From NCBI GenBank assembly GCA_021789155.1, contig JAJYJW010000001.1, forward strand, positions 1,473 to 65,472: 64,000 nt of DNA. The letters are read 5' to 3'. The position numbers and the translations under genes were made by a program. Of the stretch, positions 1-9,098 are shown in pieces. The stretch's first letter is position 1, and every line of letters begins with the position of its first letter. Source of the stretch: Candidatus Micrarchaeota archaeon. Lineage in GTDB: Archaea > Micrarchaeota > Micrarchaeia > Micrarchaeales > CABMGC01. A model generated the notes under the pieces. It was not told the DNA's origin. It did no database searches and saw only the letters and a program-made list of their open reading frames with translations.

Positions 1-5
1 ATGGA

Positions 6-2810
6 TTGCCAACTGAAGACGTAGAGGTTAGCGTAAACAGGGACGTGAGCAGAAGAGATGCAGAAGGCAAGGAGGTAAAGATAACCAACAGGATACGCGG
101 GGGAATGCCTCTGGTTCTTTGCGAAGGTATAGCGCAGAAGGCAAAGAAAGTGATAAAGGAACTGAAGAACAGCGGGCTAGACTGGAGCTGGCTGAATGCC
201 TTGATAAAGGTGGACAAAGGCGAGAAGAAAGACGAGAAGAAGGATGAACATTCCTTTTTGGACGAATTGGTGGCAGGAAGGCCTATTTTCGCTTATCCAA
301 AAGCTATCGGAGGATTCAGGTTGCGATATGGCAGAAGCAGATTCACTGGAATAGCTGCGATGGGAGTAAGCCCTGCCACAATGATAATAACCATGGGTTA
401 CATGGCGATAGGAACGCAGCTTAAGATGGGCCAGCCAAGGAAAGGATGCGTTGTCGTCCCTGTTGACAGCATAGAAGGACCTTTCATCAGATTGAAAGAC
501 GGGAGGACTATGCGCGTCAACGACACCGAAACCGCCAATGCGGTGAAAGACCAAGTAACAGATATAATAGCGCTTGGCGACATCCTCATAACTTTCGGAG
601 ATTTCCGAAACATGAATACCCCACTCATGCCAACGAGTTACGTCGAGGAGTTCTGGGAAAGACAGCTAGAGGCGAAGGATCCTTCGGCGAAGATCGATCA
701 CTCAGCAATCTCCTTCGGCGACGCATATGCATTATCTATAAAACATGGAATAGCGATACATCCAAAATACCTTTACGAATTCCAGGCAGTAAACAAACAG
801 CAGCTCATAGAACTGGCAAATGGGGTGAAGAACGCATTATCTGCTTTCAGCCATACATCGCTCAGTAGCATAGACAATCTGGCATTAGGTTATGACGAAG
901 GCATTTGCAAGAGCCTGCGAATGCTTAACGTTCCAACTATGGAAAGCAGCGACAAATTGGAGATAAAGGGAGATTACGCTAAGGCTCTTGTTGCTGAACT
1001 TGGTTTCGCTTCCGGTGAATCTGGAAAGATAGGAAACCTCGATGAAGCAATGAAAAAATACGAGAGTATCGGAGACACCGTAGTCGAAGGAATGTCGGGG
1101 ATTGCGCCGTTTCCGATACCTGTTCGCTCTAATTACGTTGCTGCTAGGATAGGAAGGCCAGAAAAGGCTAAAGAGAGATTGATGAAACCAGCACCAAACG
1201 TCCTATTCCCGATAGGGGAATACGGGGGCAAGGAAAGGAACATAACCAAAGCGTACAATCTCGATCTCAAGAAATTCGGAAACAGGAGAATGACGGTCGA
1301 TCTCGCGCGCTATATATGCCCGCAGTGCAAAAGAGTTGTCACGGAACAATTCTGCAGCGACTGCAATACGCGCGCTAGCGTGCAGAGAGTGTGCGAGAAG
1401 TGCAAAGCCATAACGTCTGAATTGGTATGTCCGCAATGCAAAGTGCACACATCTGGATATGAAGAGCGTGAGATAGATCTTGCGGCTTTGGTGTCATCAA
1501 GCATGAAGAAGATAAACGCACATATGATGCAGCCCCTGGTGAAGGGAGTCGCGGGTCTTTCCAGCAGGGACAAGAAAGCCGAATCAATAGCAAAAGGCAT
1601 ATTGAGGAGCAAGAACAACGTGCACATATTCAAAGACGGTACGGTTCGATTTGACGCGACTGACGTGCCTCTTACGCACATTTATCCTTCGGAAATGAAA
1701 GTTAGCGTTGAGAAACTGAAAGAACTTGGATATGATAAGGATTATTATGGCAACGAACTCACGGACAAGGAACAACTCATAGAACTCAAGCACCAAGATG
1801 TGGTTCTAAGCCCTGGAGGAATAGAAACGATGATGCACACCGCTAACTTCATCGACGACCTTCTCCAGAAGTTCTACGGGTTGGAGCCGTTCTACAACAT
1901 AGTAACTCCTGACGACCTCATAGGCCATTTAGTTCTTACGATGTCTCCACACACATCATGTGCAGTGCTATGCAGAATAGTAGGGTTTACTTCCGCAAAC
2001 GTCGGATTCGCACACCCATACACCATATGCGCGAGAAGAAGAAATGCGGATGGCGATGAAGACACGACTATGCTCTTGATGGATGCATTGATCAACTTCT
2101 CCAGAAGCTATTTGCCCACCAACATAGGCGCGACCATGGATGCCCCATTGGTACTCGCACCTAACATATTCCCAGAAGAGGTAGACGATGAAGTGCATTC
2201 TATGGAAGCGACCGACAAGTTCTCGCTTGAGTTCTACAATAAAACCTTTACTTATTGCTCTCCTTCTGACGCAGTTGTCGACATAGTAAAGGAAAGACTG
2301 ACAAAAGGCGAGGAACGATTCCATAACATACGATTCACGCATCTTTCATCATCTACTTCTATTCGCGATTCTCCGAAGCGCAGCTTGTACGTGATGCTGA
2401 ACAACATGAAGAGCAAGGTCGATTCGGAATTCGACCTGATGAACCGAATATACGCTGTCGATCAGAGAGACGCTGCTAAGAAGCTCATATTGTCGCACTT
2501 CATCCCAGATCTTATGGGAAACCTCAGGCAGTTTTCAGAGCAGTCTTTCAGGTGTGTGGTTTGCAATTCAAAATACAGGCGAATACCTCTGATGGGTAAG
2601 TGTCCCAAGGACGGAGGAAAGCTATTGCTCACGGTATCAAAGGGTAGCGTCGAGAAATATCTAAAGCTAGCACTTGAGCTGACGGAAAGATACCAATTGG
2701 AACCATATGTTACACAGAGAGTACGATTGCTGAAGACCGAAATAGACACAATATTCAGCGATGATCCGATAACCGACAAGAGACAGTTCAACCTTGCGAA
2801 CTTCATATAA
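6..2810 (+). CDS. polC: DNA polymerase D (Pol II) large subunit DP2, C-terminal ~934 aa; 5' end outside window
   Basis: ORF open to window edge. DP2-typical stretches: GRPEKAKER, Cys clusters CPQC..CSDC and CEKC..CPQC, ICARRRNADGDEDTTMLLMDALINFSRSYLP, C-terminal CVVC..CPKDGG. Terminal PIP-like QFNLANFI. Confidence 0.9.
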   Translation: MPTEDVEVSVNRDVSRRDAEGKEVKITNRIRGGMPLVLCEGIAQKAKKVIKELKNSGLDWSWLNALIKVDKGEKKDEKKDEHSFLDELVAGRPIFAYPKAIGGFRLRYGRSRFTGIAAMGVSPATMIITMGYMAIGTQLKMGQPRKGCVVVPVDSIEGPFIRLKDGRTMRVNDTETANAVKDQVTDIIALGDILITFGDFRNMNTPLMPTSYVEEFWERQLEAKDPSAKIDHSAISFGDAYALSIKHGIAIHPKYLYEFQAVNKQQLIELANGVKNALSAFSHTSLSSIDNLALGYDEGICKSLRMLNVPTMESSDKLEIKGDYAKALVAELGFASGESGKIGNLDEAMKKYESIGDTVVEGMSGIAPFPIPVRSNYVAARIGRPEKAKERLMKPAPNVLFPIGEYGGKERNITKAYNLDLKKFGNRRMTVDLARYICPQCKRVVTEQFCSDCNTRASVQRVCEKCKAITSELVCPQCKVHTSGYEEREIDLAALVSSSMKKINAHMMQPLVKGVAGLSSRDKKAESIAKGILRSKNNVHIFKDGTVRFDATDVPLTHIYPSEMKVSVEKLKELGYDKDYYGNELTDKEQLIELKHQDVVLSPGGIETMMHTANFIDDLLQKFYGLEPFYNIVTPDDLIGHLVLTMSPHTSCAVLCRIVGFTSANVGFAHPYTICARRRNADGDEDTTMLLMDALINFSRSYLPTNIGATMDAPLVLAPNIFPEEVDDEVHSMEATDKFSLEFYNKTFTYCSPSDAVVDIVKERLTKGEERFHNIRFTHLSSSTSIRDSPKRSLYVMLNNMKSKVDSEFDLMNRIYAVDQRDAAKKLILSHFIPDLMGNLRQFSEQSFRCVVCNSKYRRIPLMGKCPKDGGKLLLTVSKGSVEKYLKLALELTERYQLEPYVTQRVRLLKTEIDTIFSDDPITDKRQFNLANFI

Positions 2811-2823
2811 AGAACGTGGATCA

Positions 2824-3270
2824 ATGGAACAAACAAATAAAATCAAAGCAAAAGTAGGTATATTGATAAGAAATGGCGACTCGCTACTCGTACACAACGT
2901 TCTCAGCAGCGAAAAAGAACGCGAAATAATAAGGCCTCCTGGAGGACATATTGAATATGGTGAGTTCAGTAAAGACGCTGTAGAACGTGAGATGAAAGAA
3001 GAAATAAATGCACGCTTGACTAACCTCATCCTTCTTGGATCATTAGAGAACATATTCAATGATCCTGAAGGGAAAACCCATCATGAGATTATTTTTGTAT
3101 ATTCTGCAGAATTTGAAGACAAACGTTTTTATGAAAAAGAGGTAATAGAAGCAAAAGAAATTGATGGTAGCAATTTCAACATGTTCTGGATAAAAACAAA
3201 TGACATCTTAACTGGTACAGCGAAATTTGTCCCTAGAGGAATGGAGAACTTTGTTAAGATGCTCTCCTGA
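2824..3270 (+). CDS. NUDIX hydrolase
   Basis: Nudix box GGHIEYGEFSKDAVEREMKEEINA. ATG at 2824 preferred over track start 2794, which overlaps the polD stop. Confidence 0.8.
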   Translation: MEQTNKIKAKVGILIRNGDSLLVHNVLSSEKEREIIRPPGGHIEYGEFSKDAVEREMKEEINARLTNLILLGSLENIFNDPEGKTHHEIIFVYSAEFEDKRFYEKEVIEAKEIDGSNFNMFWIKTNDILTGTAKFVPRGMENFVKMLS

Positions 3271-4578
3271 TTATTTGTAGATTTTCTGCTGCTTTATCGC
3301 ATTTTCCAGAATGTTAAGTCCGTGATCCAGATCGTGCATGGAAATTTCCAATTGGGGTATTATCCTTATTGTTGAAATGCCCGCAGGAAGCAGAACCAGC
3401 CCGTTGTAGAAGCAGTTTTCTATTATCTCATCGCGTTCCTTCGCAGCGTATTCTTTTGTTTTCCTGTCTTTAACAAATTCCACGCCAATCATTAGGCCGA
3501 TTCCACGAACATCTCCTATTATCTCGTATTTCTCTTTCATCTCGTTTAGCCTTTTCATTACGTACTTGCCCTTGTCCTTTACGCCCTTCTTTAGTTCATG
3601 CATGTTCTTCTTGACGTAATCAAGCGATGCATTCGCGGCTGCTATGGCAAGAAGATTGCCTCCGAAAGTATTCGCGTGTGCGCCAGCAGGAACGTCTCCC
3701 AATGATTTTCTTGATACGGTTACGCCTATTGGAAGACCCCCACCAACCGATTTCGCCATTGTGTAAATATCTGCCTCAATTCCGAAATTGTCCATTGCGA
3801 GGAATTCTCCGGTTCTCATGAATCCTGCTTGAATCTCATCGTCTACAAGCAATATTCCATGTTGTTTTGTCAATTTCCTAAGTTGTTTCATGAATTCTAT
3901 TGGAGGAACAATGTATCCTCCTTCCCCTTGAATAGGCTCAATGAAAACAGCTGCGACTTCATCTGGAGGCAATTCCCTGCCCAGAATGTTATCCTTTATG
4001 TTATCTATGCATGCACCCCAACAATCTTCTTCCAAAGGGCTCCTGTAGCAATCAGGATACTGGGTATGCACCACTCCCGAGAAAGGTCCGTATTTTGCAT
4101 GCTGCACCGTTTTTGATGACGTAAGAGCCAATGCTCCCATTGTCCTTCCATGGAATGCGTTGTAAAATGAGATCAAATATTTTCTGTCTGTGAATAATTT
4201 CGCGAGTTTTATCGCATCTTCGTTCGCTTCTGTGCCTGAATTAGAGAAAAATACTCTGCCGAACCCTTGCGGAAACATCTTCACCAGCTTTTCTGCGTAT
4301 TCTACCGGCAATTCTGAATAGAAATCAGTAAACGCAGGATGCATTAGAATGTCTACCTGCTTTTTAACCGCATTTCTCACGTGAATATTTGCATTTACTC
4401 CAAGGTTGTAGACGCTTATGAAGCTGCTGAAATCCAAGAACTTATTGCCAGCAACATCATATACGTGACTGCCGCCACCAGAAGCAGGTATGAATGGATA
4501 TTTTTCGCGCGTTGTACGCAGCATGACTTTGCTATCTCGATTTAATATGTCTTTGATTTTCTTGTTAATCGTTATCAT
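3271..4578 (-). CDS. class III PLP-dependent aminotransferase (GabT/ArgD-like)
   Basis: SGTEANEDAIKLAK, DEIQAGFMRTGEF, TMAKSVGGGLPIG (PLP lysine context). Internal ATG at 4578 (MITINKK...) preferred; the upstream 30 codons are basic junk. Confidence 0.85.
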   Translation of the reverse strand: MITINKKIKDILNRDSKVMLRTTREKYPFIPASGGGSHVYDVAGNKFLDFSSFISVYNLGVNANIHVRNAVKKQVDILMHPAFTDFYSELPVEYAEKLVKMFPQGFGRVFFSNSGTEANEDAIKLAKLFTDRKYLISFYNAFHGRTMGALALTSSKTVQHAKYGPFSGVVHTQYPDCYRSPLEEDCWGACIDNIKDNILGRELPPDEVAAVFIEPIQGEGGYIVPPIEFMKQLRKLTKQHGILLVDDEIQAGFMRTGEFLAMDNFGIEADIYTMAKSVGGGLPIGVTVSRKSLGDVPAGAHANTFGGNLLAIAAANASLDYVKKNMHELKKGVKDKGKYVMKRLNEMKEKYEIIGDVRGIGLMIGVEFVKDRKTKEYAAKERDEIIENCFYNGLVLLPAGISTIRIIPQLEISMHDLDHGLNILENAIKQQKIYK

Positions 4579-4832
4579 GCAATCGATAATAACAAGGATT
4601 AAAGGTTTATTATGCTTTCTCCGATTTCGTGATTGCCTCGTATGATTTGAACCCTTAACTCCGCCCATTTAACGGTTAGATTCGATTCCTCACGCGCCAA
4701 TCATCTTGTACGCCCACCTCATATACCATGACATTGAAAGTTCGAATAACCAATCATTTGCGCTAATTTTGCTGAAGGCTTATTTGTGCTCTTCCATAGC
4801 ACACATTTAAAAATTACTTTTGAGAATATGCT

Positions 4833-6068
4833 ATGGATACAACGAGCAATTTCGCCGTGAGAGATATGAAGAAGTTAACTGCGGACAAGCCCAAAAAGAC
4901 AGAATTAGAATGGCTACGTTCAGTCATAACTCCGCTTAGCTCCGTAGAGATGACCCATAATGACAAGGACCTTACCCCAATAAAAGAACTTGTGAGAAAT
5001 TCGCGCGTTGTTGCACTAGGAGAGAGTTCGCACGGGTCAAGTGAAATCTTTAAAATGAAGGATAGGATAATAAAATATTTAGTCGAAAATGCGGGTTTTA
5101 ATGTCTTTGCAATAGAAGCGAATATGACAAGAGCTTACAAGTTGAACGATTATATTGTAAATGGTGAAGGAGATCCGAAGGAACTTATAAAGGGCATGTT
5201 TTTCTGGACCTGGGATACGCAAGAAATGTTGGACTTAGTAGTATGGATGAAAAAATATAATGATGCACATCAAAGAAAAGTGATCTTCACCGGTTTTGAC
5301 ATGCAGGAGTATGAAGGTCCTCTGCCCGAGATAAAAGATCTGCTTCGCAAGTATGATATACGCTATTCCTTCGATGAGTTGGAAAGAGAATTAAAAAATT
5401 TAAACGGCAGGCGACAGGCTAGCGGGCGCGCATATAATGCGAACATAACGGGCGGCGAGAAGCTCAAAATAGAAATCTCACATCTGCAGCAATCTGTAGC
5501 TAAAATGATACCTGCTGAGGATGATAGAGAGTGGTTTATTCAAAATGTCAGGTTGCTCAAACAATTTTCTGAGCTGGGTTTTGATAGAGATAAGAATATG
5601 GCTGAAAACTTCTTGTGGACATTCAATAACAGCGACAAAAGCTCTAAATTTATAATTTGGGCCCATAATTGGCATATCAAAAAAAATGGCAACGTCATGG
5701 GCGCATATTTACTTAAAGATTTGAAAAAGGATTATTTTGCATGTGGTTTTGCTTTCCACAAAGGCAGCTATACGGCATACGACTACGAAATCAAAAAAGT
5801 AGCTAGACGGAAGGCCCAGACTTCATATCCTGGAACTTATGAATATTACTTTCACAGAATCGGAGAGCGCATATTCTTAATAAATTTCGGCAACATGACA
5901 GACATCCCGCAATCCAGATGGCTACGTAGGGATATGTTATTTAGGCATACCGGTTCCACAAAGATAAAAGAAGAGTTCGGAATTGATAATTTACTGAAGG
6001 ATTTTGATGCGTTGATATACATAGATAAATCTACAAGCTCGACCTTACTTCACCACAAAGTCCCGTAA
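4833..6068 (+). CDS. erythromycin esterase family protein (EreA/ChaN-like)
   Basis: VVALGESSHGSSEIFKMKDRIIKYLVENAGFNVFAIEANM and WAHNWHI motifs typical of the family; 411 aa. Confidence 0.65.
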   Translation: MDTTSNFAVRDMKKLTADKPKKTELEWLRSVITPLSSVEMTHNDKDLTPIKELVRNSRVVALGESSHGSSEIFKMKDRIIKYLVENAGFNVFAIEANMTRAYKLNDYIVNGEGDPKELIKGMFFWTWDTQEMLDLVVWMKKYNDAHQRKVIFTGFDMQEYEGPLPEIKDLLRKYDIRYSFDELERELKNLNGRRQASGRAYNANITGGEKLKIEISHLQQSVAKMIPAEDDREWFIQNVRLLKQFSELGFDRDKNMAENFLWTFNNSDKSSKFIIWAHNWHIKKNGNVMGAYLLKDLKKDYFACGFAFHKGSYTAYDYEIKKVARRKAQTSYPGTYEYYFHRIGERIFLINFGNMTDIPQSRWLRRDMLFRHTGSTKIKEEFGIDNLLKDFDALIYIDKSTSSTLLHHKVP

Positions 6069-6112
6069 ATTGGCATTGCCTACACTGAACTTCCCGGCTC
6101 GCATGCATTAGG

Positions 6113-6682
6113 TCAGAACTCTATCTTCCTGACTTCGAGCTTTCCTACTGTTGCGATCTTGTTCGCGACTTTCTTTCCTTCAGCCTGGAATGAACCGTCT
6201 ATTACTGATTTCACGAAATCGTCCTGGCTTTTCTGCGCGACGTATTCAGTGCACATAGTATCCAAAGCCTTCCTCATGAGGGTTTTCTTTGGCCCAGCTA
6301 CCTTGTGCCTTGTTATCGCGAGAAGCTTCAACACGAATGGCTTGCCTTCGCTGTCCTTAACCTTCGTATTCGTGTATATTATGCTTGAACCTCTTCTAAC
6401 CAATGAATGAGTATAGCTGTATACCTGCTCTATGTAGTTCAATGATGTATTGGCAGAATTCCCGTTTGCATCGTTTACCTTCAATCCCACAGTCATGAAA
6501 GATTGCGATGGATTTTTGGTTATCCATGCCATGCTGACTTTTATGACTCTTCCAAGTACTGCTTTCTCGTCGAGTGCAGGTATCTCTCCCACAACTTCGC
6601 CGCCGAGGACTTTAGGGGTATGCACGTTGAACCATTGCTTTGTCTTCCACTTTTCTGCTGATTTCTGCGAACTTGTTGCCAA
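6113..6682 (-). CDS. rps3ae: 30S ribosomal protein S3Ae (eS1)
   Basis: N-terminus KWKTKQWFNVHTPKVLGGEVVGEIPA and the ~190 aa length are typical of archaeal S3Ae. Confidence 0.9.
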   Translation of the reverse strand: MATSSQKSAEKWKTKQWFNVHTPKVLGGEVVGEIPALDEKAVLGRVIKVSMAWITKNPSQSFMTVGLKVNDANGNSANTSLNYIEQVYSYTHSLVRRGSSIIYTNTKVKDSEGKPFVLKLLAITRHKVAGPKKTLMRKALDTMCTEYVAQKSQDDFVKSVIDGSFQAEGKKVANKIATVGKLEVRKIEF

Positions 6683-6686
6683 TTAA

Positions 6687-7154
6687 TCACTCTCCCTTTA
6701 CCAAAAGCTTTGCCTTCTCAGGCTCGTACTTCCATCCCTGTGGTATGGAACCCTTTGCATGGTAATAGTTGCTTAGCCTGTGTATTTTCGATTCGACACG
6801 GACCAATCGCATCTTGTTGTAAACGTCTCTCGTGTTCTTTGAAAGGTGGTCTCTTAACTTTACTGCCTTCTTTATAAGATCCATCAAATCTCTAGGGAAC
6901 TCGTTCTTCAATCCCTTCCCGTTGAGGAATGTTACCAGCCTTGCGCCTAGGACCTGCCTTAGGTTCTTGACCTTATCCTCTTCGTTGAGTATCTGACCTA
7001 TTTTTGCCGGGTGCATGTTCTGCTTTGCGTAGCCCTCTATTTTCTTCTCAAGTTCTTTTTTGTCGCCAGTGAACCACTCAGGAGTCTTGCCTGCCTCTAT
7101 CTCAGGCTTCCTTGATTTTGATTTACCTCTGCCGCCAGTATGCATTCTAGCCAT
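6687..7154 (-). CDS. rps15: 30S ribosomal protein S15 (uS15/S13e type)
   Basis: MARMHTGGRGKSKSRKP N-terminus and C-terminal S15 helix region (LRDHLSKNTRDVYNKMRLVRVESKIHRL); 4 nt after the rps3ae start. Confidence 0.9.
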   Translation of the reverse strand: MARMHTGGRGKSKSRKPEIEAGKTPEWFTGDKKELEKKIEGYAKQNMHPAKIGQILNEEDKVKNLRQVLGARLVTFLNGKGLKNEFPRDLMDLIKKAVKLRDHLSKNTRDVYNKMRLVRVESKIHRLSNYYHAKGSIPQGWKYEPEKAKLLVKGE

Positions 7155-7265
7155 TTAATCGTTACCTTCAAAACAAGCTTATACTGAGCATTAGCCCCGT
7201 AAAATTAGCTTTAGTATGTATTAGCCGTGAAGGTTTATATTAATTGCTATTTCGTACAGAGGTAT

Positions 7266-8168
7266 TTAAGGCGAAGAATAGCCCGATTCCCAGTTGCTCG
7301 TGAAGGTTATTCCAGATGCTGCGCCATTGTTGTTGTTTCCTGAGTAATCCTTAGCATCGCCGTTCAAAGGCCACCAGCCAACGAGATTACTTAATTTCAC
7401 CGGTGAACCTCCTACTCCTTCGTTGAATAATGCCGCTATCTCACTAGAGGAAAGAGATGTATTGTACAACTGCACATTAGCCATTTTACCCTTGAATGTT
7501 CCAGACGTGGTCCATCCTACGCCCCCTATTTTGAAAGCTGCAGATTCAAGCAAACCCTGTCCGCTAAGTATTGTACCACTTTGAAATACTTGATTGTTGA
7601 GATAAATTGCAGCATAGCCTGTTGAACCGTCGTATGTTGCAGTTATCATTTCCCATTGGTACTGTGGCAGGTAATCATATCCTGCTGGCCAAAGGAGTGC
7701 TGCCCAATTCGGACCTACGTAAAGTGGCGCACAGTTATTTCCACCTGCACCCCCTGCAATAAGATTGAATCCGTTGCTTGGATCGGTCCAATCGCCGAAT
7801 ACACCGTTGCATAGATCTCCGTTTGTATAGTATACCCATGCGGAAACGGTGAATTTGCCCGTTGTTCCTAAAGAATTAAGCGTAGACGTCTTTGTTACAC
7901 TTATAAAATTGTTTATTTGCCCGTTGAAAACCGCGACGTATTGGGGCAGTTCGCCGTTGCATATTCCCTGAGTATTGATGAATGACGTTGTTCCAGGGCC
8001 GTTTGGCCTGAAGACGTGGCATGCTCCGGGGGGCGCCTTTGGAGTAAAGGTAGAAGCGTTGAAGATTCCGAGCTGGAATAGTGCTCCTAGGACTACTGCG
8101 ATGATCAGGATCGCCCATCCGTATGTCATCAAGTACTCCATCGCAGATTGTAATTTTGATTGGTTCAT
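7266..8168 (-). CDS. type IV pilin-like (class III signal peptide) LamG/ConA-like domain protein, paralog 1
   Basis: MNQSKLQSAMEYLMTYGWAILIIAVVLGALFQLGIF is a short leader followed by a hydrophobic pilin helix. LamG_3-like hallmarks: FTVSAW, TYDGSTGYAAIYLNN, MANVQLYNTSLSSSEIAALF. Confidence 0.75.
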   Translation of the reverse strand: MNQSKLQSAMEYLMTYGWAILIIAVVLGALFQLGIFNASTFTPKAPPGACHVFRPNGPGTTSFINTQGICNGELPQYVAVFNGQINNFISVTKTSTLNSLGTTGKFTVSAWVYYTNGDLCNGVFGDWTDPSNGFNLIAGGAGGNNCAPLYVGPNWAALLWPAGYDYLPQYQWEMITATYDGSTGYAAIYLNNQVFQSGTILSGQGLLESAAFKIGGVGWTTSGTFKGKMANVQLYNTSLSSSEIAALFNEGVGGSPVKLSNLVGWWPLNGDAKDYSGNNNNGAASGITFTSNWESGYSSP

Positions 8169-8178
8169 AATACAGCCT

Positions 8179-9090
8179 TCATGGAGCGGAATAGCCCGAT
8201 TCCCAGTTGCTCGTGAAGGTCACCGAACCTGAGATCTGACCATTATTGTTATTTCCTGAATAATCCTTTGTGTCGCCATTCAATGGCCACCAACCCATTA
8301 GCTTGTTTAACTTAACTGGGGCGCCGCCTATGCCCTCCTGATAAAGCGCACTTACTTCATTTGATGTGAGAGACGCATTGTATGCTTGTACGTTTGCTAT
8401 CATGCCAAAGAATTGATTTCCCGCAAGTCCGTCAGCTATTGGGCCTATGCCTATCTGAAACGTTCCTTCTGTTGCAGGCAATATGCTTTGGGTATGTGAA
8501 TAAATCAACGCCCCATCCAGATACAAATTATACGCAGCACCATCGTAAGTTACCCCTACGAAGTGCCATGAACCGTAGCTATATGCACTTCCTTCAGAAG
8601 GCCATCCAGGCAAACCATATCCATATATTGCGATATGCTTAGTTGATCCGGTGCCGTCTGCCAGAGATCCTGATGCTATCTCCATAAGGCCTGCATCTCC
8701 TCCGGAACTTGCCATTATCCTCTGACAGCAGTTGCCCGCGCCAAGAATGCTAGGATTGAACCATGCAAAATAGGAAAAAGTACCTGTATTAGATATGGTG
8801 TATGTTGGTACGTTAACATATTGGATTACACTCTTTTCTCCTTGAAGATCAAATCCGCCAACATATTGAGGTAGCTCTCCGTTGCATATTCCCTGAAGGT
8901 TTACGAAAGAAGTTGTCATAGGGCCGTTTGGACGAAATACATGACACGCATCTGGTGGTGCCTTGGGTGTGAAGGTTGATGCGTTGAAAATGCCGAGTTG
9001 AAACAAAGCGCCAAGTACGACTGCGATAATCAAAATGGCCCACCCATAAGTCATGAGATATTCCATTGCACTCTGAAGTTTATAAGCCAT
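8179..9090 (-). CDS. type IV pilin-like LamG-domain protein, paralog 2
   Basis: MAYKLQSAMEYLMTYGW... start at ATG 9090 (track start 9126 would overlap the upstream gene). SWHFVGVTYDGAAYNLYLDG, IANVQAYNASLTSNEVSALY. 10 nt upstream of paralog 1. Confidence 0.75.
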   Translation of the reverse strand: MAYKLQSAMEYLMTYGWAILIIAVVLGALFQLGIFNASTFTPKAPPDACHVFRPNGPMTTSFVNLQGICNGELPQYVGGFDLQGEKSVIQYVNVPTYTISNTGTFSYFAWFNPSILGAGNCCQRIMASSGGDAGLMEIASGSLADGTGSTKHIAIYGYGLPGWPSEGSAYSYGSWHFVGVTYDGAAYNLYLDGALIYSHTQSILPATEGTFQIGIGPIADGLAGNQFFGMIANVQAYNASLTSNEVSALYQEGIGGAPVKLNKLMGWWPLNGDTKDYSGNNNNGQISGSVTFTSNWESGYSAP

Positions 9091-9098
9091 AAAAATCA

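Noticed and set aside
4625-4705. tRNA-like T-loop strings (GGGTTCAAATC on the minus strand, TTCGATTCC on the plus strand) upstream of the aminotransferase.
   Set aside because: No complementary T-stem, acceptor or anticodon arm could be built around either string. At most this is a decayed fragment.
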